A stretch of 63,983 nucleotides of DNA, filler included, from Stramenopiles sp. TOSAG23-2 (Eukaryota), in the NCBI GenBank assembly GCA_900128395.1. It is 3 parts of 3 records of this genome, joined end to end, with 100 filler letters (N's around TTAATTAATTAA, not from the genome) between each part and the next. Parts side by side here need not be neighbours in the genome. Positions count along the whole stretch, not along the records: positions 1 to 21,659 come from LT649533.1; 2 more parts are not named here. One strand, written 5' to 3'. Under the pieces are notes generated by a model, which saw only the letters and a program-made list of their open reading frames with translations, had not been told where the DNA came from and did no database searches. Below are positions 1 to 11,870 of the stretch, one piece after another; positions within the stretch are counted from its first letter, which is position 1, and every line of letters begins with the position of its first letter. The translations under genes were made by a program, and so were the position numbers.

Positions 1-339
1 ATAGTTTATTTTAGTCATTTCGGTAAATTAATAATTTATTTAAGTACAAATTTTAGTGTAAAAATTTGATGCCAGAAATTCTGCTATCCCTAATTTCTGA
101 AAACAAGAAATGTCAAAATTATTTTGCCAATTGATAGGAAAAATAGTATACTAGTGGAGCCTAAGTTTAAAAAGGTATTTTCAATGTTTTTCCTTTGTTT
201 TCATGTAATGAAATGAAAAATCCATCATCATAACAATGAATTACTAAAATTTAGGTTGAAAATGTTGAAAATGATGAAATTTGATGGAAAATATGCGCAT
301 TCCTATTGTTATTAGTTATAGTGTTATTTTATTGAAATT

Positions 340-2663
340 TTATCTCCGCCTTGCTCGACCTTTAAACCGTATACCACTTCGTTTCTACCCAGATACGAAG
401 AAAATTCATAGTTTGATATAAGACAATCGTTAGTATTTGATGTAATATATACACATAGGTCAAGGATTGTATAGATTTTACTTACTGTTAAATACGTTTG
501 GATTTGTTCTATTGTAACCTTCTTATCATGTTCTAACATTTTTGCCGGTTTTACTCGTAAAGTATGATATGTGATCATAACAGCAGAAACACTGACAATT
601 AACAAGCCTATAATTGCAACTGCATCTTTACGTCTACGGCGACTAATGCCATATGCATAAGAACAAGCAGCAAAGAAACAAACAGAAATCCAAAAAATAG
701 AATACCAATATTCACGTAAATCTAAATTATTTGCACAATCACAACAATTTTTGCTAGATGGATAGCGGTCATCATACGTATATAATTCAGATGATGAAGA
801 TTGCAAACTTGTATTTTGCCCAGACAAAAGGCTTTTGCTTTCACCATCATCATCGACATCATCGTTGCCTCGATTTTCAGTATTTCCAATATTATTCCGT
901 TCGGTTTTCTTCTCCATGCGTTTTTTCAAAATAGATAATAATGTTTTTGTACTGAACGTGTCAAACAAACAACTTGGACCCCTGAAAGCTTCTAAAGTAG
1001 ACGGGGCTGGAATGGTCATATCTGTAATCGGATCTATTGCTGATTTACCCTCTGAATGGCATTGTAATCCTGCAACAATTTTAGAATGCATTGCATCTGT
1101 AATGGGATAAAATGCTGAAATAATGCACCAACTTATAATTGAGCAACATGCTGGAACTAAGATGACCATAACCTTTAATGCAAATATAACACCGTCCCCT
1201 TGTACAGTACCTCGTGCACCTCCAGCACGGTAACCAAAACTAGCAAGAATGGACATAGAAACTGCGGAGGATGGTATATGCAACCATCGTGGTATCATTT
1301 CCATATAGCAAACAAATTGAGCTTCTCTACGTAATCCAATATGTAGTTCATCATAATCTATACAATCCGCTCGAATCGGTCGATGTAAATAATGTACACC
1401 ACCAGCTGTAAGACCTATCCATGCATGGCATAATGCAAACAATATCTCATCCCCTTTCCCAACAAAACAATACATTACGATGCTAGCCGGCAATGCTAAA
1501 ACCCACCCGGCCAGCCAAGTAAAACGTTTGTCAACATTCGCTAATGGCCCAGCATTGGATGCATTGCTCATAGCACTTTTGCGAAAGCTTGGATTTGAAT
1601 GCCATTCTTGTGGTAAAAAGAAATAATCATTTATATCTATTTTACGATGCCCACGTCTTAAAATTTCAGCACGTGAGCAAGCACGTGAGCTTTCACAGCT
1701 CACCCACATCCAAAATGGTGTTGCTAACATGGCTGATGATAAACCTACGATTAAAATGATAGATATCCACATTTCATATTGTTGTGGTTGCAACACATTT
1801 TGCACATAAAATGGCAATAAGCCTTCCGAAAACATCCCAGCAAGTGCGCTAACACTATGGCCAATTAATAATACCATAAACGGTATATTTGATATGCAAT
1901 TTCGTAAACCTGGTACGAATGGTAAATCTGGTCGATTTTCATACGTTGGCTGTTCCCATAATTTCCACGGTTGCTTTTCAATACCTTTAAAACGATCAGC
2001 TTCCTTTGGCGTATAATCAGTAAACATTCCTAAAATCCAAAATGATATAATTGTTGCTATCCCACAATACAAAGCAAATTGACCAAAAGCAGAAAAATGA
2101 TCCCCATGATAGCGCGCAACTAAAATTGCTGGTGCAGCTGCACCAAGAATTCTTCCAGCAGCAGAAAAAACAGCACGCCAAGCAAAAACGGAGGATCTCG
2201 TAGCATTATCTTGTGAAACTTCAGCACCAAGTGCCATCCATGGAATACCTAATGGAAACAATCCATGTAAAAGAGCACATACGACATAAGTAGATACAAT
2301 ACTTGTCATAGAAACATGTCGTGGTGGCATGTATAATAATATTAATGCAATAGCTTTGATTGGTGCCCATATTAGATAATACATTCGACGGCGACCTTTG
2401 AAAAATCCTTTTTTAACTGTATATGTATCCATTAAATACCCCCAAAAAGGAAATAATATCGTCTCTATGGCACGCACAGATGCATGTATCATTCCAAATC
2501 GCATAGGTTCTATTCTAACATCATCAACAAAAAACTTGATTTGAAACGTGTTATCAAAAGTTTCCACTGCACGATAGGATAATCCTGGCAATGCATATAT
2601 GATTTTCGCAAATGTTGATACATCATTCAATCTACCTTTGGCAGAAACGGATTGTTCATTCAT
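340..2663 (-). CDS. MFS/GPH-family (MelB/MFSD2-like) sugar or lipid:cation symporter; model join(2663..486,384..340)
   Basis: About 12 hydrophobic helices plus 2 C-terminal ones. Motifs PFWGYLMD, GRRR, ALGAEVS..R..VF, N.PF..LL and RADCIDYDELH.G.RRE. The likely start is ATG 2663 (MNEQ). A GTAAGT donor at 485 and TAG acceptor at 385 give the C-terminus ...LTKRSGIRFKGRARRR*; this intron is inferred. Confidence 0.85.
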
Positions 2664-3176
2664 GATGATATCTATGCATGTATATGTTCTATCTTTTGTG
2701 AGTCTCTTCTTATAAACATATACATAATATTTTCCCCCCCCTGCCGTTATTATTTTTTTGTTATAAAAAAGGGCATGCAACAACTTTTTGGCTTTTGGTG
2801 GTGTTTTGGTGCCGCTTTCGCACTTTCCAGCTTTTTTTCCAGCTTTCCCATAAGTGTATTACCAGTCCTCGATAGCATGGGAATACTATTGGAGCCAGCC
2901 GAGAAGAAAGAAAAAAAAACGTTGTTGTGCTTGTTGAAAAAAAAATGCATCAACAACAAACAACGAGCTGTGCAGCTCCCATCCTAATCCCATCCCAGAC
3001 CAGAGCAAGACGACTAGTATTATATTTTCTTTTTTCGTTCTTCCGTAACAAAAAAATAATTTGAAAACAAAAGACATAAACATAAATTGCATAATGGCAT
3101 ATAAGGTACATTTTAATATCCAAAGGATATCAACTTCTATTAACATATAGATTTAGAAATCCTATTGTATGTCATC

Positions 3177-4973
3177 ATGGCATCATCATCACAACTAAAT
3201 TGTAAAAATATTATCGATCAATATTATGACAATTTGCAAGATGATCCTCAGCAAATTGAGGGAGTATTAAAATTTTTAAAAAGTGGTATTATTAGAATTA
3301 TTGAAAATAATGGTAACAACAGCGAAGGCGCAATAGAAGCTGTGTATAATTTATTAAAAACACAGTATGCGAAGGAACGTTCTATTTCATCATCCTCAAT
3401 TAATGATCGTGATAACATGACATATTGGTTTACAGATCGTCTTAAAGAAATAGGGATACGTGTAAATTGCCCAGTGGAATTATCTTGGAACATTGGTAAA
3501 GGAAGAATGCGTAAAATAATACCACACACATTAAAACCATCTAAACAATTATTAGTAACACAGAAAGAGATTGAACAGTTACGCAGTGCAAAATTGTTAG
3601 TGGTGTCGCAAGCAACCCCAGCTTTTGATAGGGCAAAGAGCACTAATAAATGTGCAATAAAAAAATGCCTTCACCGTTGCACCGTTGGTAGGTCAAACAT
3701 AATTGTAAGAATAGGTAGAATGATAAATCGAGCACGGTTTTCACATTCTTTTTTAAAATTTAAAAAAACACTTTTATTTTTGACAGAGAAAATTTGTATA
3801 GATGGGGAAAGTGTACTAATAACTGGAAAACCTGGTTCAGGAAAAACGTCTCTCTTGAGGGAACTGATTAAAATTACTTCAATAGTTGGTGAGAAGAAAA
3901 ATAGTATGGATGGATCAAACGGTCGTGTAGTAGTCGTTGACAAAAATGACGAAATATTAGGTGGTGTTGAGAATACACTTTTCCCAGCATGGCGTAGCGC
4001 AGATTCAGGGAGAGGTAAAAATACACCTGGTCTATTGAATGCCCTTCAAACTTGCACACCAATGTCAATCGTTGCAGATGAAATTGGCGACCAAGATGAA
4101 GCTTTAGATTTGAAAAATATTAGCGAACAGGGAATTTCAATTATAGCTACGAGCCACTTTAATTGTAGTACTGGAGAAAATGGAATATCAGCTTCTCAAG
4201 CGTTGGTGAAGAAAATATTAAATCACAATTCTCTATCTATGGTGGCAGGAGGAAAGATGTCTATGTTGTTAAGTGCTGAGGAAGCGATCGAGATGAACGT
4301 TAAAAAAAGATTTCATCAAAGTCGTGCGGAGCCCCCATTTCAATGGTGCTTATATATGAGAGATAGCGATCCAAGTCAATGGCCTGTACCCTTTGATGTA
4401 CGGAAAGAAGTTAAATTATATTTTGAAGATATAAATTCTAAAATGGAGAATTTCAATGTTGTGGATTATGAGGCTCCTAATAAGTCACGGAAACGACAAC
4501 GTAGCAGTAGCAATAATAGCAGTAATGGTAATTCTAGAGATAACAACCATCCACAACGACGAAATAGACGGAGAAAAAGACCAAAAAAACACCGCCAACA
4601 AAAGAGCGACATTTCTAATACCAAGTCCAACAGTAGTGGTAACTCAAAAGAATCAAGGATGGCTAAATGGTCGAAACTATTTCCAGAACTGAAAAAAACA
4701 CATCGACAACATAATAATAACAAGAATTCAAATAATACAAACAAAAATAATCCATGGTATAATAGTGTACATCCATGGAATAATAATTTTAATAATAATT
4801 TTAGCAACAATCCCATTTCTTCTTCTACTACTACTACTACTACTACTAAAAAAAATAATAATAATAATGTAAATTATAATTCGAGTCGTAATAATGATGG
4901 TGGTAAAAATAACAAGAATAATGATTACAAAGACAGTTTACCTACTGGTGTATATCTTGATGTTGGACGATGA
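3177..4973 (+). CDS. Ycf45/SpoIIIAA-like AAA+ ATPase with Asn-rich tail
   Basis: Walker A GKPGSGKTSLLRE, VVVVDKNDEILGG, Walker B IVADEIG and IIATSH. The HRC...VRIGR segment before the P-loop resembles Ycf45. Confidence 0.75.
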   Translation: MASSSQLNCKNIIDQYYDNLQDDPQQIEGVLKFLKSGIIRIIENNGNNSEGAIEAVYNLLKTQYAKERSISSSSINDRDNMTYWFTDRLKEIGIRVNCPVELSWNIGKGRMRKIIPHTLKPSKQLLVTQKEIEQLRSAKLLVVSQATPAFDRAKSTNKCAIKKCLHRCTVGRSNIIVRIGRMINRARFSHSFLKFKKTLLFLTEKICIDGESVLITGKPGSGKTSLLRELIKITSIVGEKKNSMDGSNGRVVVVDKNDEILGGVENTLFPAWRSADSGRGKNTPGLLNALQTCTPMSIVADEIGDQDEALDLKNISEQGISIIATSHFNCSTGENGISASQALVKKILNHNSLSMVAGGKMSMLLSAEEAIEMNVKKRFHQSRAEPPFQWCLYMRDSDPSQWPVPFDVRKEVKLYFEDINSKMENFNVVDYEAPNKSRKRQRSSSNNSSNGNSRDNNHPQRRNRRRKRPKKHRQQKSDISNTKSNSSGNSKESRMAKWSKLFPELKKTHRQHNNNKNSNNTNKNNPWYNSVHPWNNNFNNNFSNNPISSSTTTTTTTKKNNNNNVNYNSSRNNDGGKNNKNNDYKDSLPTGVYLDVGR

Positions 4974-5087
4974 TTCTCACAGTTCGAATATGTAGTAAAA
5001 TACTTCGTAATGCGTAAATTAAATTATACGCGTATGATATGTATAAGAGAGTGTATTAGTATAATTAATGCAATAATTTATTTTTTA

Positions 5088-5135
5088 ATTTACTCATGAT
5101 AATTCCTACTCTCCCAGATAGAATACAATAACTGA
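5088..5135 (-). repeat. Dispersed gene-3'-end element (TCAGTTATT...GAGTAGGAATTATCATGAGTAAAT)
   Basis: Reverse complement aligns closely to 58261-58306, which lies on a different contig. Confidence 0.7.
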
Positions 5136-5146
5136 GACAATAATAT

Positions 5147-5386
5147 CTATCTATCATTTAAATTGGCTAACATTACTGTAATTTTCTCGTCTGCTTGTGA
5201 ATATTGACTTGTTGAAAATGTAATTAAATTTGTTGCATCTATCGGCGTTGCACCCATTATCGACGTACGAGTCATAACATTTAATCCACTGCTCGAACCA
5301 ACTAAGTCACACCCAGGTTTATTTGGAAATGCTTGTACAGTACATACCACAATAAAAGTTAAAAATAAAAAAATTCTTAGCAACAT
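5147..5386 (-). CDS. Short or truncated secreted protein resembling the N-terminus of a Reeler domain
   Basis: Clear signal peptide (MLLRIFLFLTFIVVCTVQA) followed by FPNKPGC...M...Y....ITV.L. Stops after 79 aa next to a dispersed repeat. Confidence 0.4.
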   Translation of the reverse strand: MLLRIFLFLTFIVVCTVQAFPNKPGCDLVGSSSGLNVMTRTSIMGATPIDATNLITFSTSQYSQADEKITVMLANLNDR

Positions 5387-5708
5387 TATTCTCTTAAATA
5401 ATTGATTGTATTAATTTTTATATTAAAGTGTTCGTTAGTATTATTATATGATACATTTTTTATATATTTTATACATATATATATATATATATGTGCGTAT
5501 GGCAACTGCTAAAAACTAAAAACTGCTATGCATCATGCATCTAAAGCTTTAGCTTGTAGGCAACCGCTTAGCCAGTTAGCCAGTTAGCACCTTAAAAATA
5601 AATATAAATAGAGAAAAAAAATGAATGGTTTGGAGGAAACCTACCTGAGCATAGCAGGTTACCACCATGATAGCGTGAATCTTCTAAGCTTTACCTACAA
5701 CACAAATT

Positions 5709-5849
5709 AGCATACAAATAAAATTAAGTGCTATTTATGCACTTATTACGAAATACTAGTAGGTACATAAATCACACAAATCGATGAAAACCTTAAATAT
5801 TTCGTCACCTATTTAGCATATAAATAGCACTTGATCTTATTTTTATGCT
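5709..5849. repeat. Degenerate inverted repeat, MITE-like
   Basis: Arm 5709-5755 (AGCATACAAATAAAATTAAGTGCTATTTAT...ACGAAATA) matches the reverse complement of 5798-5849 with a few mismatches and indels; spacer about 42 bp. Confidence 0.6.
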
Positions 5850-5872
5850 CCTCATCCTAACTTTTCCTATAG

Positions 5873-6225
5873 ATTCTGTACCAGGTCATTCAACAACGAC
5901 AGAATGAATTAAGAATAGCTGCAAGGAAAACAGCAGAAGAAAGTAAACGGAATATGGAAGCATATCATAATTTAAAATTAAAGCGCGTACAAGATAATCG
6001 TAAAATACGAGACAAAATACATGCAAAACGACGAAAAGGCACAAGGCGAGCAATGGCATTTCAAAATAAGAAAATTAATGCAGTGATACAATCTAGAAGA
6101 GCAGCTGTGACAAAAGAAAATGAAAAGCACAAGAAGCGACTTTGATATTTCTAATTGGGATAAAATTAAAGCATTTTCCTCGATAATGGCATCACGTTGT
6201 TCTTTTGTCATCGTATTTGGATTAT

Positions 6226-6256
<31 letters not shown>

Positions 6257-7068
6257 ATTAGCATTTCCATACGAGCGATAACAGTGGAGATCATAGCAAC
6301 AAGGAGGTCAAGCATGTTTTCTTTCATAACACCAAGCTTCAAGCACATGCAACACGTAGGTTTTCTGCTGCTGAAAATAAACGTTTAAAAGGCCGGGTCG
6401 AGCATTTACAACGAAAAGAAGCGAAAATGAAGAAAGAAATATATGATTATTATACGCATATGGAAAAACGAATTAAAATTTTAAGAGATCAAAAACGATT
6501 GCGTCAAGAATTGAATCGTGCAAGGGCAGATACCGCAAAACGAAATACTGAATTAAATAATGCTGCTCGAAATATACATAGAAATTTAGATGCAGCAAAA
6601 GAATGCAAACAATTCACATATGAATTGTTCAATTTTATCCATGGATCCTGTTTTCCCACTACTATTATCATCATCATCATTATTATGATTTTTTGTCTTA
6701 TTATTTTTATTATTTACAATTTGTGTTTGCAAATCAAACATCAATCTGTTTAACAATATCATACGATTTTCAGTAGTAAGATTTTTAACAATTTCATCTG
6801 TATTATTCATATTTTTATTATTATTATTACCAATATTATTACTATTATTAGTACTATCATCTTCCCGATTACTATTATTTAAAATATCTTCATGTATTGT
6901 CGATTCAATAATTTTTCCAATAGATAGCACTTAAATTAGATGCCATTGTTGATTGTAAACCAGACGTTTGTGGTCTACCCGTATTCAATGTTGTAGATCC
7001 CGCTATTGAAGTTGTTTTCACACCACTACGATGTCCAATTGAAGCATTTGGTGTATTTGACATCGAAT
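5873..7068. pseudogene. Patchwork of coiled-coil/Asn-rich coding fragments on alternating strands
   Basis: Approximate fragments: + 5873-6143 (ILYQVIQQRQ..HKKRL), - 6270-6143 (NNNPNTMTKEQ..LEISK), + 6274-6615 (SAAENKRLK..ECKQ), - 6925-6615 and - 7068-6925 in another frame. No complete gene can be built in order. Confidence 0.5.
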
Positions 7069-7163
7069 CTCTGCAAACTAATACTCTGCAAGCATTTGAG
7101 TAGGTTTCTATCCTTCCCTGCGTTCTCGTTGAACGTGTTGGACGTCGGGCTCATTCGAAAAAC
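7069..7163. repeat. ~95-bp GC-rich dispersed element, copy 1
   Basis: Colinear and highly similar to 14020-14114 (CTCTGCAAAC..ATACTC..GAGTA.GTTTCTATCCTTCC..TCGTTGAACGTG.TGGACGTCGGG.TCATTC.AAAAAC). Confidence 0.85.
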
Positions 7164-7474
7164 ATAAAATTAATATTATAAAAAATGTATACCAGGTATA
7201 CACACAGCACACATATTTTTTATGATACCATATTTTTAAAAAAAATAATATATTTTTTTAAAAGTTTTTAAAAATTTTATAAGTCGTAATAAAACAAAAA
7301 TAAATTACGATCGTAAATATAATACGTATATATATTAGAGGGGAAACTTTTTTTATTTAACACAGAGAGACGAAATTACATATCATGATAGGATTCCCTC
7401 CTATCTCGTATATTTTATGCATTAAAATATCAAATGTACAGAGTTGTTGCTTTAATTACGGTGTGTTAAATAAT

Positions 7475-9488
7475 TTAAAATTCATACACTAAAGCATTAC
7501 CATCATCACCAGCAGCTATCATTTTATTGCCAGTACCAGCAATACATCGAACTGCACCTTGATTAGCACCTAAACCATATAATAATTTACCATTGGTCAT
7601 ATCATGTACTAATAAGATTCCATCACCACCACCACTAAGTAAACAATCACCACAAGACGACATGGTATAGATAAAATCTTTATGATGCTCCATAGTTGTA
7701 AATGGTTGGAAATTTTTTCGTGGATCCAATAAATGTATTTTCGAATCTGCCCCGCATGTAGCTACGAAAGACCCATTGTTGAAATTGATTGGATTTGGAC
7801 AAACTATATCGTTGACTGCACCACCACGATGCAATGGTAATTTAAATATTGGCTTGTTGATACGATTCGCATCCCATACTTGCACAATGCCATCTTGAGC
7901 ACCTGTTAAACAAATTGCATCATTCGCAGATATCCATTCCACTGCGGTTATATGGCCTTTATGTCCTTTCAATATCCGCGCATCTGATCCAACACCTAAA
8001 TCCCAAACCACTGCCATACCATCCCTTGCACCTGATAGCAAATATCCATTCCCATTACCATCACAATCAATAGTGGACCATTCCATGCACATGATCGGAG
8101 CTTGATGCCCCATTAAACATGCAGCTTCCCTGCCATTGCCACTTAAATTCCAAACACGTATGCTTTTATCATAACTACCACTTAAAGCATATTTACCATC
8201 GTTACTAGCCACTATACATGAAACTGAATGCGAATGTCCAGTTAAATCATTGCAACGCGAACCTGCTTTATTCCATAAGCATATTTTACTATCCATACCA
8301 CCAGATAATATCCGACCATCTGGTATATACGTAACACAAGTGACCCATTCAGAATGGCCAAATTTTTTCGTATATAAATTTCTATTCATTTTACATGTTT
8401 CAATATTAAATTCTTTCAAACCATGATCAGCACTACCAATTACACATGACTTCCCGAAAAGACTCATACAAAGTATATTACGATCAGACGCATCAAATAA
8501 ATTCCCAGCAGGGTTTGTCGGGCCACGCTTCCAACCTTGTACCATATGCTTACTAGTAACATCATAAGTGTGACGAAACCCTAATCCTATTTGTCTAGTA
8601 GAACCACTACGACTACGGCGTTGTACTATTTGTTGTTGTTGTTTATTATTATCATTATTATTATTATTATCAGATGTTTTATAGCCATATCCTTGATTAT
8701 TGTTATTATTATTATTATTATTACTATTATTATATTCCAAACTCGTTTTTTCACCGCCATGGGCAAGACGTAATTCCTCAAATCCCTTATCAAAATCATT
8801 CATATAAGCATCATTTAATTCATGCGAACGCGCTTGAGAAAATTTCGAAGGTCCGTTTTGTTCATTATTAACACGTGAAATCACTTGTGTCACAGCTTTT
8901 GGTCGGACAAATATACCATGTCTATCAGGACATTTAAAATATCCTTTTGTCGTATATCATATAAAATGTTAGTATACGTCAATAGAATAATCATAGAATT
9001 CAATAATATTTGTATATATACATATATATGTGTGTGTATACATAAATATAGTTATAAAATTTTTATTAGATACATGTTATCAAAAGTAGTATTGTTAACT
9101 AGGAAGTGTGTGTGTATGTGTGTGTGATGTATAAATTATATATATAAAGCATCAGAAAGAGCTACAATGTCTCCATTGGCTTCCAGAATCTTCTCCGCAT
9201 TATGAAAATTCGGATGTCCCTATCTGAGGTGATCATCATTTGCTTTTTGATATATAAAATATACATTTATTTATATAGTGGATAAAATATATGGTATAAG
9301 TTAAAAGGAAAACATATTGACTTACCTCTTCCATCACTTGTTCCATGTGGTGCTCGTAACTCCACTCCTAAAAATTCCCCATCACCTTTGCCAGTTAATG
9401 GTCCTATATATCGTATTGTTCCTCTATAAGTTGTTCCGCTCCGACCTTTAAATGCAACTCTATCACCAGGTGAAAATGAATTCGACAT
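7475..9488 (-). CDS. CAP-Gly domain + WD40 repeat protein; join(9488..9326,8943..7475)
   Basis: Exon 1 encodes GDRV..GTIRYIG...GEFLGVEL..PHGTSDGR and ends at a GTAAGT donor (9325, phase 1). An AG acceptor at 8944 resumes GYFKCPDRHGIFVRP, which completes the CAP-Gly domain in frame with about 7 GH...WD repeats. Confidence 0.85.
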
Positions 9489-10023
9489 GATTTGTCAATC
9501 TAAATGCACAACAAAGTTGTCCTACTGTACAATATAATATACAATGATAATAATATAGACGTAAGTATATTTGGGATATTTGTTTACAAGTAATTATATT
9601 ATTATTTACAAGTAATTATATTCTTTGTCAATTCAAATACTACATTTTTATACCTGGTATCGATAAAATAATAATAATACCAGCAGGTAATATGAAACAA
9701 AAAGTATGTGGCGGAAAACATCATCCTTAATGCGTAGGGAAGTAGTAATTTTAAGGGATTTTAAAAAAAATATGACATTTCTCTTCAATGCACCCAATCT
9801 AAATCATCGCTGACATTCTAATTCTTCCGTAATACAAAAAATACTTTAACTTAATTAAAATACAATTGCTACGCACGATAGTCAAAGTGATGAATAATAT
9901 ACAGTATAGCTGGATAGATATACCACCACGATTTATTTTTAGATTTATATCTACATCTATTTATTTATCCATCTGTATTATATGGCAGAATTTATATATT
10001 TTTTTAAAGTAGCCAATTAAATA

Positions 10024-10758
10024 ATGAAAAAGCCAATAATACCATCAATGGATATTATTGGAAATAAAATTATAGCAGTTGCAAAGAAAGATGGATTAAA
10101 AAATGCATTTGAAAATATTTATACATATATGATTGACGGTACCAAATCATCTAGAAAACCGTTTCATTATTGTACGTTAGCAACTATTGAAAATAATATT
10201 CCACAACAAAGGACAATGGTATCGCAAAAAGTTATTAATGATAAAAACAATGTATATAAGAAAATTCGGTTTCATGCTGATAGTAGATCTCCAAAAATGT
10301 TACATATTGATAATGAGAAAATAAATCCAAAATTTGCTTCATGTATATTTTATGAACCGAAACATAAAATTCAAATTAGAATGATTGGCTTGATAAATAA
10401 AGCTGCTGTGATAGACGTCCAGGATACATGGGAAAATGATATGACCGATCTGTCGAAAAGATGCTATTTCAATCCATTACCACCTTCATCGAGAATAAGC
10501 AGTTTTGATGATTTCAAAATTAACCATGAAAAAATGATTCATAATAGTGGTTCCAATGCAAATCTTTCTTCCTCTTTTGATATTATTGAATTTAATATTC
10601 ACTCAATTGAATTTTTAGTACTTGGTATTCACGGTCACATTCGTGCACGACAATATATTATTGATAATGATGATGAAAATGTTGATCATCATGATGTACA
10701 TCATATCAATTATTATAAAGAAGGATTATATTTATCTGAAGATTGGTTGAGTCCTTAG
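10024..10758 (+). CDS. Pyridoxamine 5'-phosphate oxidase-related FMN-binding protein (Alr4036-like)
   Basis: TLATI...PQQRTMV, RFHADSRSPK, FYEPKHKIQIRM.G, SKRCY..P.P and IEFL.L...GH.R motifs. Confidence 0.8.
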   Translation: MKKPIIPSMDIIGNKIIAVAKKDGLKNAFENIYTYMIDGTKSSRKPFHYCTLATIENNIPQQRTMVSQKVINDKNNVYKKIRFHADSRSPKMLHIDNEKINPKFASCIFYEPKHKIQIRMIGLINKAAVIDVQDTWENDMTDLSKRCYFNPLPPSSRISSFDDFKINHEKMIHNSGSNANLSSSFDIIEFNIHSIEFLVLGIHGHIRARQYIIDNDDENVDHHDVHHINYYKEGLYLSEDWLSP

Positions 10759-10890
10759 AGTATTTTTGAAATATTCGTACAATATTAAAAATAAATAAAA
10801 TTATTAATTTTATATTTTAAAAATATTAAAATATTTATTTTATAATATCATACGAGTAATGGCCTAAATACTTCTAACTATCATAGCAGA

Positions 10891-11252
10891 ATTACCTAAA
10901 TAAACGCTTATATCGGTTTATGATCAATATGTACAATATAAAATTTAAGTTTTTACGCATAATTTATTTTTCAATTCACTCATATAATAATTCCTATACA
11001 CTTCAAAAGAATACACAATAATATTGAAATAATCTATCTCACACTAGTGTGTGTTGTATATATATACTTTCACATCAATCTAAATCATATATTATTACAG
11101 AGCTCATAAAATACACATAAAACAATAAATCATTTTTTTTTTTCTCTCTCTCTCTATGAATACAATGTATACGCTACAGCTAAATTTCTTTGATACTTTG
11201 ACCTTGAATTACTAGTAGCATTACCTAATAAACGCTTAGATCGTTTATGATC
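10891..11252. repeat. Two copies of a ~34-bp hairpin-containing sequence (10891-10925, 11220-11252)
   Basis: ATTACCTA(A)ATAAACGCTTA(T/G)ATCG(G)TTTATGATC occurs twice, with an ATAAAC/GTTTAT stem. Confidence 0.6.
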
Positions 11253-11870
11253 TTGCTTTAACACACACACACACACACACATGTATATATCAGTAATTAT
11301 AAATTATTAGTACTATGAACATCAAACATCAAACACACATGATGAAGTTCTAGTGCTCTAGCTATAGAATACCAGGGAAATACCACAGGGGAAATAATAT
11401 TATTAATACAGTAAAAGCCTCTTGGTACAGTATTGTGATCGATCTTGACGGCGTGCTAAAACCTGGCTAACTTAAACCAGCTATAATAGATCTACTGTAA
11501 CGTATTAAAACTTATAAACTTCATACTATAACACATGCCTCATACTTTACACTGCTACTTATACTGTATAATATAAAGTAGCTATTAGTATAGTCTACAC
11601 ATATACTTTACCTATAATAATTTCATTCAATAATGGTTTTGCAAGTTGCATATAATATCATAATTCCAATAATAGATTGTTGAAATTATATGATACTTTA
11701 CTACTACAGTAGATGAAAAGTGCAAATGTTTAATAACATCAACAATAATTAATAGATAATTGTCAGAAATCGCAGCATATCGCATGCAAAAACAGTATCG
11801 TTGTCTCTCGAATTTGTTCCCTATGTCCTTCTCCCCGTCATTATCCATTTGTTTTATATCAAGAAAAAAA

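Noticed and set aside
7069-7163. Hammerhead ribozyme or U5 snRNA identity for the 95-nt element
   Set aside because: The minus strand has GAAAC and a stem but no CUGANGA core, and the U5 loop GCCUUUUAC is absent.
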